Shown here: piece by piece, positions 1 to 8,237 of the stretch | Position numbering within the stretch: the stretch's first letter is position 1 | Layout: the number at the start of each line of letters is the position of its first letter | Assembly: GCA_035626775.1 (NCBI GenBank) | Contig: DASPNA010000155.1 | Coordinates: forward strand, 63 to 64,062 | DNA length: 64,000 nt | Origin: Thermoanaerobaculia bacterium | Lineage (GTDB): Bacteria; Acidobacteriota; Thermoanaerobaculia; Gp7-AA8 | Reading direction: 5' to 3' | Program-made: the position numbers and the translations under genes | Notes under the pieces: model-generated | What the model was told of the DNA's origin: nothing | Seen by the model: the letters and a program-made list of their open reading frames with translations, nothing else | The model's database searches: none

Positions 1-557
1 TCAGCGTTGACGCAGTATCGAACACGATCACGTTTTCCACAGCATCGCGAAGTCCGTAACTTGTTCAGAGGTTCCCTAGCTAGCGAGCGACGGGGGCTCG
101 CGCGGTCGTAGCACCGTCTTCGACGCGATGGGGGTCCTCGATACGGCTTCTCACGCCGCGGCCATGCAAATCCAGCTTTACCGCGATGGCCGACCATCGC
201 GCCGGGCGCAAATCGCCGCCGACCTCAGTGATGCGGTCCGTGAGACAACGGTCGCGGGCATTCGGTGCAGGAATCCTGGCTACGGCGACGCGGAAGTAAA
301 GGCCGAATTCCAGATCATCAAGCAGTGACAGTCCGGGCGGCGGCTCAAAACGTTGGGTTTGCGATGTTAGATCTCGGACGGAGTGTGCGCTCGCGCCGCG
401 GCTGCCGCGGCTGCAATGAGCGCATCGCGCCAGTGCAAACCGGCTACATCAGGTGGGCGGTGGCGGTGACAGCAGTGTCTCCCGGCGTAGTCGCGATGTA
501 CGCCTCGGGCGACGATGCGTAAGCGGTAGTATCGCTCTGCGTATAAGGAGGACATTG

Positions 558-1073
558 ATGAACGACATGGGTGCCTTGGAAGCTGTGGTGCTGCCGCTTG
601 CCACGTTCTGGGTGGTTGTGAGCACGATGCAATCCGCCGCGACGTTCGTCAACGGTCTAAGAGAGCAGGTCGTCACCGGCGGAAACGAACGCTGCGCGTA
701 CACACTTGCGCACCGTAAGGCGTTGTATCTGGACTGGCAGCTCTCGATGCTTGGAACGATTGCAGCGGCATTTGGTTTCAGCGGATTGATTGTCGCGGTT
801 GCAGGACACATCGCGAGGATGCCTGGCGGCGGCGAGGTCGTGAAAATTTTCTATGTTGTAGCGACAGATCGTGAATACACCCGCGAGCTCGAGTGGACTT
901 CAGACGCAAACGTAAAGCTGCCGCACTCCACATTATTCGGGGGGCGCCGAAACGTCCTGGCCGGTAACGTCGCGGAATTGCGGCACATCTTTGCCGAGGA
1001 TGTATTTGTCCATCCAGCCGAGGATGGAGCGGAGGCGCTCCACCCGGTGCCATGGCTGGCCGCTGCGCGATAG
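558..1073 (+). CDS. hypothetical small membrane protein (171 aa); extent uncertain
   Basis: ATG at 558 is preceded by a strong SD AAGGAGGA (545-552, 5-nt spacer). Two hydrophobic stretches (VLPLATFWVVVST; LGTIAAAFGFSGLIVAVAG). GC is locally lower. No family recognised. The last ~140 nt run antisense to the 3' end of the peptidase gene and across a repeat arm (912-930), so the C-terminus may be fortuitous. Confidence 0.35.
   Translation: MNDMGALEAVVLPLATFWVVVSTMQSAATFVNGLREQVVTGGNERCAYTLAHRKALYLDWQLSMLGTIAAAFGFSGLIVAVAGHIARMPGGGEVVKIFYVVATDREYTRELEWTSDANVKLPHSTLFGGRRNVLAGNVAELRHIFAEDVFVHPAEDGAEALHPVPWLAAAR
912..930. repeat. Family A palindromic element, isolated half/arm
   Basis: GTAAAGCTGCCGCACTCCA matches the right arm of the TGGAGTGCGGC...GCCGCACTCCA family. 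It lies 2 nt downstream of the peptidase stop (TAA, 933-935 on minus). Confidence 0.4.
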
Positions 1074-3167
1074 CTCGTGCGACTCATTGGGGAAGCGCAC
1101 CATCGCGGTCGGGCGGCGGAGGTATTTCAGCGCGCGGAACAGCGATTCGCCACCCGCCGCCGCCGGAGTGCGATAGTCGGCTTCGCCGAGGATGAACATG
1201 AGCGGCGTACGGATTTTCTCGACGTGCGTCAGCGGCGAGCGCTGCGCGAAATCCGCCGGGTCTTCAAACGGTGCCTTGCGGAACCAGTTCGGCTGGAAGA
1301 GCGTGAAATCGGCCGTATACCACCATGCGCTCCAGTCCGCGATGTCCCGTTGCGAGACCGCCGCGCGGAAGCGGTTCGTCTGCGTCACCGCCCAGTTCGT
1401 GAGCAGTCCGCCGCCGGAGCCGCCGGTGACGCCGAGGCGTTGCGGGTCGGCCCAGCCGCGGCGGATGAGCTCATCGACGCCGGCCATCAGATCGCGGTGA
1501 TCGTCGCCCGGATAGCGGTACTGAATGATGTTGCCGAATTCCTGTCCGTACGTCGACGAGCCGCGCGGATTCGGGTACAGCACGATGTAACCGCGCGCAG
1601 CCATCCACTGGAATTCGTGCGTGAAGATGAAGCCCCATGCCGAGTGTGGTCCGCCGTGGATGTTGAGAATGAGCGGATACTTCTTCGATGGATCGAAATC
1701 CGGTGGGCGCTGCGCCCACGCGTGAATGCGCTTGCCGTCGAAGCTCGTGTACCAGATCTCCTCGGGCGACGTCAGTCGCAGTTGTGCGAAGAGCGCGTCG
1801 TTGAACGACGTCAAACGCCGACGCTGTGCGCCGAACATCCATAAATCGCCGACGACGGTCGGCGTGGAGATGATCACCGCGATCGGTGCGCCTGGGCGCG
1901 ACGCGCTGTACGACAACACGGCCTGATCGCCCGTAGTGACGTCGATGGGCGCACCGCCGGCGGTCGGAAAGCGCATCAGATTCGCGCGTCCTTCGCGCGC
2001 GACGGTAGCGACGAGCGACTTTCCGTCATCACTCCAGAGCACGCGCGCGCCCGCGTTGCCGCGCGGTGCGCGCTGATCGCCGCCGATGCCTGCGCCGACG
2101 TCGAAATCGAAATCGGCCGTCAGATTCTTCGGCGCCGCTCCGCGCGTGAGCTCGAGCACCCACAAATCGGGCTGGCTGTACGAGCGCACCGGCCGCGACA
2201 CGTCGGCCACGAACGCCAGCATGCGTCCATCGGGCGACAGCGAAGTCTGCCCGATCTCGAACTCCAGCGCGGCGATCTTCTCCGATTCGCCGCCGTTCGC
2301 CGGAACCGCGTAGATGTCGCTCTGCGGCAATTCGTAGTACGGCTCGTCGATGCGCGTCGAGGTGTAGTAGATCCGCGCGCCGTCGCGCGACCAGATCGGA
2401 TCCTCCTCTTCGTACTTGCCATCGGTGAGCTGCCGCGCGGCGACCGGCTCCTCCGTAAGCTCCGGCGCATCGACGACCCACAGATGCGAGCGATGTTCGG
2501 GATCCGCATATCCCTGATTGTCGAAGCGATAAATCGCGCGGGTGATGGTGCGTACGTCGCTGTCGCGCTCGTTCTCATCGGGAACTGCTGCGGGCGGTTT
2601 TGGCGCACTCTCCGCGGGACGCGGCACATCGACATCCTGCGCGGTCTTGCGCGCAGCCTTCTCGCGACGCTGCTTCTCGAGATCTTTCGCATTCGCGCTG
2701 CTCGTGAATGCGATCCGCTTTCCGTCCGGCGACCACGCCGGCGCGGACGCGCCACGCGGCACGTCGGTGAGACGCGACGCCTCGCCGCCCGCAAGCGACA
2801 GGATGTGAATCTGCGGCGGCTCCGGCTTGCCGTCGCGCAGCGGCGCGCGGAGGAACGCGATGCGCTTTCCGTCCGGCGACCAGCGTGGCTGCGAGTCGCG
2901 CGTACCCGCCGTCAGTCGCGCGGGGGGCGCGCTGCCGTCGGCCGCAACGATCCAGATCGCGGTGTCGTAGCCTTCCCCTTTCTCGTTGACCGTAACGCGC
3001 GTGAACGCGACGCGCGTGCCGTCCGGCGACGGCCGCGGGTCAGCGACCCACACGAAGCGAAAGAGATCCGTCTCCGTGATGAGGCGCTTCGCCGCCTGCT
3101 GCGCGAGCGACGCGTGCGTGAGATAGACGACGACCAGCGTGGCGAGGAGGCGAGCAGTATTGCGCAT
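933..3167 (-). CDS. secreted S9-family serine peptidase (prolyl oligopeptidase / acylaminoacyl-peptidase type) with N-terminal TolB-like beta-propeller
   Basis: ATG at 3167 (MRNTARLLATLVVVYLTHASLAQQ is a signal peptide) with AAGGAAAG upstream. Repeated W/PSPDGxRIAF propeller motifs. C-terminal alpha/beta hydrolase with the nucleophile motif GVTGGSGGGLL and ILGEADYRTP...NESH. The track ORF extends to 3293, but that extension is repeat-derived. Confidence 0.9.
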   Translation of the reverse strand: MRNTARLLATLVVVYLTHASLAQQAAKRLITETDLFRFVWVADPRPSPDGTRVAFTRVTVNEKGEGYDTAIWIVAADGSAPPARLTAGTRDSQPRWSPDGKRIAFLRAPLRDGKPEPPQIHILSLAGGEASRLTDVPRGASAPAWSPDGKRIAFTSSANAKDLEKQRREKAARKTAQDVDVPRPAESAPKPPAAVPDENERDSDVRTITRAIYRFDNQGYADPEHRSHLWVVDAPELTEEPVAARQLTDGKYEEEDPIWSRDGARIYYTSTRIDEPYYELPQSDIYAVPANGGESEKIAALEFEIGQTSLSPDGRMLAFVADVSRPVRSYSQPDLWVLELTRGAAPKNLTADFDFDVGAGIGGDQRAPRGNAGARVLWSDDGKSLVATVAREGRANLMRFPTAGGAPIDVTTGDQAVLSYSASRPGAPIAVIISTPTVVGDLWMFGAQRRRLTSFNDALFAQLRLTSPEEIWYTSFDGKRIHAWAQRPPDFDPSKKYPLILNIHGGPHSAWGFIFTHEFQWMAARGYIVLYPNPRGSSTYGQEFGNIIQYRYPGDDHRDLMAGVDELIRRGWADPQRLGVTGGSGGGLLTNWAVTQTNRFRAAVSQRDIADWSAWWYTADFTLFQPNWFRKAPFEDPADFAQRSPLTHVEKIRTPLMFILGEADYRTPAAAGGESLFRALKYLRRPTAMVRFPNESHELSRSGQPWHRVERLRSILGWMDKYILGKDVPQFRDVTGQDVSAPPE

Positions 3168-3187
3168 GCGGCTTTCCTTATCACGTT

Positions 3188-3297
3188 TGGAGTGCGGCAG
3201 CGCAAGCTGCCGCTTTCCATGCGGAGGCGCCAGCCTCCACGCCCGCTCCAGCTTGCGCTGCCGCAATGAAAGCGGCGACTGGCGTCGCCGCACTCCA
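3188..3297. repeat. Family A palindromic element, extended 110-bp copy (intergenic)
   Basis: TGGAGTGCGGCAGC...GCTGCCGCTTTC...GAAAGCGGCGAC...GTCGCCGCACTCCA. The outer arms are reverse complements and internal GCGGCNGC/GCNGCCGC hairpins are present. Confidence 0.8.
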
Positions 3298-3331
3298 TAG
3301 TCTTGACACTCCTGCTACACTCGCCCGCGAC

Positions 3332-3385
3332 GTGAACAACATCCGCCGCGCGCATCGCCACCATCACCACCACCGCATTCGGTAG
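3332..3385 (+). CDS. his operon leader peptide (hisL-like): V/M-NNIRRAHRHHHHHRIR, 17 codons
   Basis: GTG AAC AAC ATC CGC CGC GCG CAT CGC CAC CAT CAC CAC CAC CGC ATT CGG TAG. Six His codons fall in seven consecutive positions (3353-3373), about 100 nt upstream of hisZ. I saw no clear SD and the start is GTG, so translation is inferred from context. Confidence 0.6.
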   Translation: MNNIRRAHRHHHHHRIR

Positions 3386-3478
3386 GGGTGCATTGGCGTG
3401 CGTCCCTCCGAACAGGAAGGGGCGCCCGATGAACCGCGCGTGAAGTCGAGACCTCTTCCTGCATCGCCGGGAAGAGGT
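3384..3478 (+). promoter_or_regulatory. his attenuator RNA: mutually exclusive hairpins
   Basis: Segments: 2 = AGGGGTGC (3384-3391), 3 = GCGTCCCTCC (3400-3409), 4 = GGAAGGGGCGC (3415-3425), 5 = ACCTCTTCC (3451-3459), 6 = GGAAGAGGT (3470-3478). Hand-paired: 2:3 (8 bp, 2 G-U), 3:4 (10 bp, 1 bulge), 4:5 (8 bp, 1 G-U), 5:6 (9 bp). Confidence 0.5.
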
Positions 3479-3488
3479 TTTCGACTTT
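3451..3488 (+). terminator. attenuator terminator hairpin plus T-tract immediately before hisZ
   Basis: ACCTCTTCC (3451-3459) and GGAAGAGGT (3470-3478) form a 9-bp perfect stem with a ~10-nt loop, followed by TTTCGACTTT and then the hisZ ATG at 3489. The 3' arm also carries the only SD-like tract for hisZ. Confidence 0.55.
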
Positions 3489-4265
3489 ATGGCCACAGCA
3501 TTCAGATATCCAACCGGAGCGCGTCCGCTGCTGATCGAAGAGACAGCGCGGCGACGGATGCTCGAAGCGCGCGTCGTCGCGCTGCTCGAAGCGGCGAACT
3601 TCGCTGAGATCGTGCTGCCCGTCATCGACTTCGCCGAGCCGTACGCGGGCATCGGTCATGCCGCTTCGAAACGGAGTTACCGCTTCACCGATCGCGACGG
3701 AGAGCTCGTCGCGGTGCGCTCCGACTTCACGCCGATGGTGGCCCGCGCGCTCGCGCCATCGCTCAACGGCAACTTGCCACTGCGGGTGTTCTATCGCGGC
3801 GATGTGATCCGCTGCGACGCATCTCGACTGGGCAAAAACCGGGAGCTCTTTCAGATCGGCGCGGAGATCGTCGGCGACCCGTCGCGCGATGCCGATCTCG
3901 AGATGCTGCATCTCGCCGCCGCTATCGCCGCGATCTTCAGCGAGTCTCCGCTCGTGGTGTACAGCGGCGGCCAGCACATCGATGATCCGCGCTTCGTCGA
4001 GCACGATGACACGGTGAGTTCCTCGGGTTCCTCGAGGTCCCTCGGGTTCCTCGGAGGGGTGGGCAGCGGTCGGCTCCTCCCCTCCGAGGAACCCCGAGGA
4101 ACCCCGAGGAACTCCGAGGAACGCGGCTACTACACAGGCGTGCGCTTCTGGGTGTACGGCGACGAGCGCCGCGCGCCGCTCGCGCAGGGCGGGCGCTACG
4201 ACACGTTGTACGAGCGCTTCGGGAAACGTGCGCCGGCCGTCGGCTTCACGTTCACGGTGAACTGA
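3489..4265 (+). CDS. hisZ: ATP phosphoribosyltransferase regulatory subunit HisZ (258 aa) carrying an in-frame repeat insertion
   Basis: HisRS-like motifs YRFTDRDGELVAVRSDFTPMVAR, LFQIGAEIVG, RGYYTGVRF and QGGRYD. TGATG overlap with hisG, and a short-form HisG lies downstream. Confidence 0.85.
   Translation: MATAFRYPTGARPLLIEETARRRMLEARVVALLEAANFAEIVLPVIDFAEPYAGIGHAASKRSYRFTDRDGELVAVRSDFTPMVARALAPSLNGNLPLRVFYRGDVIRCDASRLGKNRELFQIGAEIVGDPSRDADLEMLHLAAAIAAIFSESPLVVYSGGQHIDDPRFVEHDDTVSSSGSSRSLGFLGGVGSGRLLPSEEPRGTPRNSEERGYYTGVRFWVYGDERRAPLAQGGRYDTLYERFGKRAPAVGFTFTVN
4016..4122. repeat. Family D palindromic element (GTTCCTCGG...CCGAGGAAC arrays) inside hisZ
   Basis: Left arm GTTCCTCGGGTTCCTCGAGGTCCCTCGGGTTCCTCGGAGG. 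Right arm CCTCCGAGGAACCCCGAGGAACCCCGAGGAACTCCGAGGAAC. Translated in frame as VSSSGSSRSLGFLGGVGSGRLLPSEEPRGTPRNSEE. Confidence 0.85.
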
Positions 4266-4891
4266 TGCGCATCGCCATTCCCAAAGGACGTCTGCAGCCT
4301 GAAGCCCTGGCCACGTTTGCGAATGCGGGGTGGGACGTGCCATCCGAATCCGATCTGCGCACGCGCAAGCTCGTCTTCGCGCGCGGCGGCATCGAATGGA
4401 TCTTCGTCAAAGACGGCGACGTGCCGGTGTACGTCGATCACGGCGCCGCGGACGCGGGCATCGCCGGCCTCGATCAGCTCCTCGAGCACGACTGCAGCGC
4501 ATTCCAGGCGGTCGAGCTGCCGTACGGCCGCTGCCGGATGATGCTCATCGGCGGCCCGGACGCGCCGCCGCTAGGCTACGACTCGAAGATCGCAACGAAG
4601 TATCCCCGCATCGCCCGCCAATGGCTCGACGCACGCGCGATCCGCGCGGAGCTCGTCGCGCTCAACGGATCCGTCGAGCTCGCGGCCGTACTCGGACTCA
4701 CATCGCACGTCATCGACCTCGTCGAGACCGGCGAAACGGTGCGGGTGCACAAGCTCGAGCTGCAGGACTGCATCGCCGAGATCACGCCGCGGCTCATCGT
4801 CGCGCAACACAGCTATCGAACGAACAACCGCGAGATGCGCGCACTGATCGCGCGCGTCGAGGAGAGCATTCATGAACGCATCGTCGCCTGA
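4265..4891 (+). CDS. hisG: ATP phosphoribosyltransferase, short form (208 aa)
   Basis: MRIAIPKGRL..., DVPVYVDHGAADAGIAG, LIGGP, KIATKYP, GSVELA. It lacks the C-terminal regulatory domain, which is consistent with a HisZ partner. Confidence 0.9.
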   Translation: MRIAIPKGRLQPEALATFANAGWDVPSESDLRTRKLVFARGGIEWIFVKDGDVPVYVDHGAADAGIAGLDQLLEHDCSAFQAVELPYGRCRMMLIGGPDAPPLGYDSKIATKYPRIARQWLDARAIRAELVALNGSVELAAVLGLTSHVIDLVETGETVRVHKLELQDCIAEITPRLIVAQHSYRTNNREMRALIARVEESIHERIVA

Positions 4892-6032
4892 AGCGGAAGC
4901 CGCCCTGCGCGAGCTGGAGACACGTCGCCGTGCCGCAAATGAAAACGCGTTTCGCGTGGCCGATGAAATGATCGAAGGGGTGCGCACGCGCGGAGATGCG
5001 TACGTGGCCGAGCAGATCGCGAAGTTCGATCGCGTCAATATCACGCCGATCCTCATCACACCGCGCGACGTGCGCATCGATCCGGAGCTCGCCGCCGCGC
5101 TCGACATCGCCATCGAACGCGTCGAGTCCTTTCACATGCGCCAGCTCCCGCGGTCGTATCAGTGGAACGACATCACACATCGCGTACGTCCCCTGCGCCG
5201 CGCCGGCGTGTACGTGCCGGGCGGACGCGCGGTGTACGTCTCGACGCTGATCATGTGCGCCGTGCCGGCGCGCATCGCCGGCGTTCCCGAGATCGTGGTC
5301 GCGACGACGCCTGCCGCCGCCGCTCGCGACGAGTTGCACTACGTCTGCAATCGCCTCGGCATCCGCGAGCTCTATCAATGCGGCGGTGCAGCCGGCATCG
5401 CCGCGCTCGCCCTCGGCACGGGGTCCCTGCAGCGCGTCGACAAGATCGCCGGCCCCGGCAACTCGTACGTCAACGCGGCGAAGGTACGTCTGGTCGGCGA
5501 GGTCGGCATCGACATGACCGCCGGTCCGACGGAGCTCGTCGTCATCGCGGACGACACCGCGGACGCGGCGCTCGTGCAGGCGGATCTCGACGCGCAGCAG
5601 GAGCATGGTGCCGACTCCGCGGTGATCTGCATCTCGATCGGCAAAGCCCTCGACGTTCGCGCAACGCTGAACCTCGTTGCCGACTCGATCGACGAAGCGA
5701 TCGGCATCTCCGACCGCATCGCACCCGAACATCTCTGCATTCACGCGCGCGATGCGGAGCTCGTCGCCGCAAAGGCGCACAACGCCGGCGCGATTTATTG
5801 CGGTGCATTCGCGCCACCGGCGATCGGCGACTACATCGCCGGCTCGAATCACGTGCTCCCGACCGCCGGCAGCGCGCGCTTCTTCTCTCCGCTCGGCGTG
5901 TACGACTTCGTGAAGCGTACGAACATCGTCGCCTTCAGCGCGGAAACACTGAGCGAGCTGGCGCCGTACGCGGCTGCCATCGCAGAGTTCGAAGGGCTGC
6001 CGCAACACGCGCGATCGGTGGTGGCCCGATGA
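4872..6032 (+). CDS. hisD: histidinol dehydrogenase
   Basis: VRTRGDAYVAEQIAKFD, YVPGGRAVYVSTL, IAGPGNSYVNAAK, AEHLCIH-like APEHLCIHA, GDYIAGSNHVLPT, EGLPQHARSV. Overlaps hisG by 20 nt and hisC by ATGA. Confidence 0.9.
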   Translation: MNASSPEAEAALRELETRRRAANENAFRVADEMIEGVRTRGDAYVAEQIAKFDRVNITPILITPRDVRIDPELAAALDIAIERVESFHMRQLPRSYQWNDITHRVRPLRRAGVYVPGGRAVYVSTLIMCAVPARIAGVPEIVVATTPAAAARDELHYVCNRLGIRELYQCGGAAGIAALALGTGSLQRVDKIAGPGNSYVNAAKVRLVGEVGIDMTAGPTELVVIADDTADAALVQADLDAQQEHGADSAVICISIGKALDVRATLNLVADSIDEAIGISDRIAPEHLCIHARDAELVAAKAHNAGAIYCGAFAPPAIGDYIAGSNHVLPTAGSARFFSPLGVYDFVKRTNIVAFSAETLSELAPYAAAIAEFEGLPQHARSVVAR

Positions 6033-7072
6033 GCGCGCGCGCGACCGTCGCGGCGATGACCGCTTATGCACTCGAACTGCGTGAGGCCGAGGTGAAGCTG
6101 AATCAGAACGAGTCGCCGTTCGATTTTCCGCTGAAAGACGAGGTGCTCGCGCGCGCCGCCCGGCGCGCGTGGAATCGCTATCCCGACTTCGAGTCGACCG
6201 CTCTGCGCATCGCACTCGCGAATGCGTACGGCTTCGATGCGGACGAGATCCTGGTCGGCAACGGCTCGAACGAGTTGCTCGTCGCGGCAATCGGCACCTT
6301 CGTCGGATCAGGCACGTCCGTCGTCATCGCCCGTCCGACGTTTGCGTTGTACGAGAAGCTGATCACGATCGCGGGCGGAGTGGTGATCCCGATCGATATC
6401 GATCCAGCGACGGGACTCCTGCCGCTCGACGAGATGATCGCGGCGCGCGGCGATGTCGTCATCGTCTGCTCGCCGAACAATCCCACCGGCGGCGCGCTGC
6501 CGGAGAACGGGATCGAACAGCTGCTCGCCACCGGAGCGACGGTGCTCTTCGATCGCGCATACGGCGACTTTGCGCTGGACTCTGTATGGAGTGCGGCAGC
6601 AAAGCTGCCGCTTTCAAAGCGGCTGCGCCAGCTGCCACACTCCATAGCGAGCCGGCTGGTCACGTTCTCCACGTTCTCGAAGGCGTGGGGGCTGGCGGCA
6701 TTGCGCGTCGGGTGGCTCGCCTCGACCGCGTCGACATGTCGCGAGATTCGCAAGGTGAAGTTGCCGTACTCGCTCAATATCGTCAGCGAAACCGCCATTG
6801 TGCTCGCGCTGGAGCACCGTGAGATTTACAGCGCGAACGTCGCACGCATCATCAGTGAGCGGGAGCGGATGATCGACGCGATGCGCGCGGTCCCGAACGT
6901 CGCCCCGTTTCCGACGAAGGCGAACTTCATCGCCTTCCGCACGCGCGCGTCGTTCGACGACTTCTGCGAGCGCGGCATTCTCGTACGCAGATACGCCGAC
7001 TTTCTGCGCGTCTCGATCGGCACGCGCGCGGAGAACGATCGGTTTCTCGACGCATTGAAGGAGCTCGCATGA
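6029..7072 (+). CDS. hisC: histidinol-phosphate aminotransferase with an in-frame repeat insertion
   Basis: KLNQNESPF, VGNGSNELL, CSPNNPTGG, TFSKAWGLAALRVGW (PLP lysine). The start ATG overlaps the hisD stop (ATGA at 6029-6032). The upstream part of track ORF 5162..7072 is out of frame with hisD and is not coding. Confidence 0.9.
   Translation: MSARATVAAMTAYALELREAEVKLNQNESPFDFPLKDEVLARAARRAWNRYPDFESTALRIALANAYGFDADEILVGNGSNELLVAAIGTFVGSGTSVVIARPTFALYEKLITIAGGVVIPIDIDPATGLLPLDEMIAARGDVVIVCSPNNPTGGALPENGIEQLLATGATVLFDRAYGDFALDSVWSAAAKLPLSKRLRQLPHSIASRLVTFSTFSKAWGLAALRVGWLASTASTCREIRKVKLPYSLNIVSETAIVLALEHREIYSANVARIISERERMIDAMRAVPNVAPFPTKANFIAFRTRASFDDFCERGILVRRYADFLRVSIGTRAENDRFLDALKELA
6587..6644. 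repeat. Family A palindromic element (58 bp) inside hisC
   Basis: TGGAGTGCGGCAGCAAAGCTGCCGCTTTCAAAGCGGCTGCGCCAGCTGCCACACTCCA. Read in frame as (V)WSAAAKLPLSKRLRQLPHS(IA), just upstream of the TFSK PLP-lysine motif. Confidence 0.9.
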
Positions 7073-7656
7073 GAACCGCCACTGTCACTCGCGCGACGAA
7101 AGAAACGTCCGTCGCCGTGACTTTCGATCTGGACGGCACCGGGCAGGCCAAGATCGACACGCCGATCGGATTTCTGTCGCACATGCTCGACGCCATTGCG
7201 CGTCACGCGCAGGTCGATCTGGACATCATCGCCACCGGCGACACGTTCATCGACTATCACCATACCGTCGAAGACACCGGCCTCGCCCTCGGCGAAGCAT
7301 TCTCGACCGCCCTCGGCGACAAGCGCGGCATCCGCCGTTTCGGGTCCGCATACGTGCCGCTCGATGAAGCGCTGGCGCGGGTCGTCGTCGACTTCGCCGG
7401 CCGGCCGTATCTCGTGTTCGAAGTGCCGGTCGATCGCGAGATGCTGCTCATTCGGAAGGATTTTCCGTTCGCGCTGATCGAGGAGTTCTTCAAATCGTTC
7501 GCGAACAAGTGCGCGTGCAACATCCACGTCGATCTCATTCGCGGGCGCAACGGACATCATGCCGCCGAGGCGATCTTCAAGGCGTTTGCGGTTGCGGTGC
7601 GCGCGGCGAAGGAAGTGGTGAGCGCCGACGTGCCGAGCACGAAGGGGGTGCTTTGA
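7069..7656 (+). CDS. hisB: imidazoleglycerol-phosphate dehydratase
   Basis: RATKETSVAV, GFLSHMLDAIARH, DYHHTVEDTGLALGEAF, RGRNGHHAAEAIFKA. ATGA overlap with hisC. Confidence 0.92.
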   Translation: MRTATVTRATKETSVAVTFDLDGTGQAKIDTPIGFLSHMLDAIARHAQVDLDIIATGDTFIDYHHTVEDTGLALGEAFSTALGDKRGIRRFGSAYVPLDEALARVVVDFAGRPYLVFEVPVDREMLLIRKDFPFALIEEFFKSFANKCACNIHVDLIRGRNGHHAAEAIFKAFAVAVRAAKEVVSADVPSTKGVL

Positions 7657-8237
7657 TTCTGATCGACTCCCCCGTCGCGAACATGGCGAACATCGCGCGC
7701 GCGCTGCGTGAAGTCGGTGCGGCCGCGGAGATCACGCGTGATCCGGCGGCCGTCGCGCGCGCGCAAAAACTGGTGCTGCCGGGCGTCGGCTCGTTCGGCG
7801 TGGCGATGCAGTTCCTGCGTGAGGCGCACATCGACGAAGCCATTCGCGAAGCTGTAACCAACGGCGCGTTCCTGCTCGGCATCTGCGTCGGTCATCAGGT
7901 GCTCTTCGACCATTCTGACGAATACGGCATCACCCGCGGCCTCGGGCTCGTGCGCGGCGCAGTGCAGCGGTTCAGTGGTCCGATGCCGGTACCGCAGATC
8001 GCCTGGAACCGCGTGCGTGCGCGCGGGCCGCTGTTCGACGGCGTCGAGAATGAGTCGTTCTACTTCGTGAATTCGTACGCCGCGCGCGATGCACGCGACG
8101 AAATCGCCGCCGCCGATTACAACGGCGCGTTCACCGCCGCCGTGCAGCGGGGGCGCGTGTTCGGCGTGCAGTTTCATCCCGAAAAGTCGTCGCACGCCGG
8201 GTTGCGCGTGCTGAGGAACTTCGCCGCATGCAACTGA
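7653..8237 (+). CDS. hisH: imidazole glycerol phosphate synthase, glutamine amidotransferase subunit
   Basis: [20 protein letters not shown] (Cys nucleophile), GVQFHPEKS. The start is assigned to TTG 7653 (TTGA overlap with the hisB stop, GAAGGGGG upstream). The conserved N-terminal strand ILIDSP lies before the first in-frame ATG, so the start codon is less certain than the gene call. Confidence 0.8.
   Translation: MILIDSPVANMANIARALREVGAAAEITRDPAAVARAQKLVLPGVGSFGVAMQFLREAHIDEAIREAVTNGAFLLGICVGHQVLFDHSDEYGITRGLGLVRGAVQRFSGPMPVPQIAWNRVRARGPLFDGVENESFYFVNSYAARDARDEIAAADYNGAFTAAVQRGRVFGVQFHPEKSSHAGLRVLRNFAACN

Noticed and set aside
128-328. 66-aa plus-strand ORF at the window start
   Set aside because: No RBS, no recognisable motif, and it overlaps other equally weak ORFs (265..522, 367..555). 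I cannot support it as a gene.
3168-3293. N-terminal 42-aa extension of the peptidase ORF (track start at 3293)
   Set aside because: The extension is encoded by the Family A repeat (RQSPLSLRQRKLE..LPHSK). A proper signal peptide and an AAGGAAAG RBS follow at ATG 3167.
3303-3308. TTGACA hexamer upstream of the his leader as a -35 promoter box
   Set aside because: No acceptable -10 hexamer lies at 16-19 bp spacing. The nearest TACACT is only 7 nt away. The promoter consensus of this lineage is unknown to me.
3315-4343. 342-aa minus-strand ORF antisense to the his leader, hisZ and the start of hisG
   Set aside because: This is an Arg/Ala-rich antisense shadow typical of high-GC DNA. The plus strand carries clear HisZ motifs.
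5162-6028. Upstream 289 codons of track ORF 5162..7072
   Set aside because: It is out of frame with, and entirely inside, hisD, and is Arg-rich nonsense. HisC begins at ATG 6029, overlapping the hisD stop.
4794-6290. 498-aa minus-strand ORF antisense to hisD/hisC
   Set aside because: Same high-GC antisense artefact. The Arg-rich composition has no motifs, while the plus strand encodes conserved HisD and HisC.
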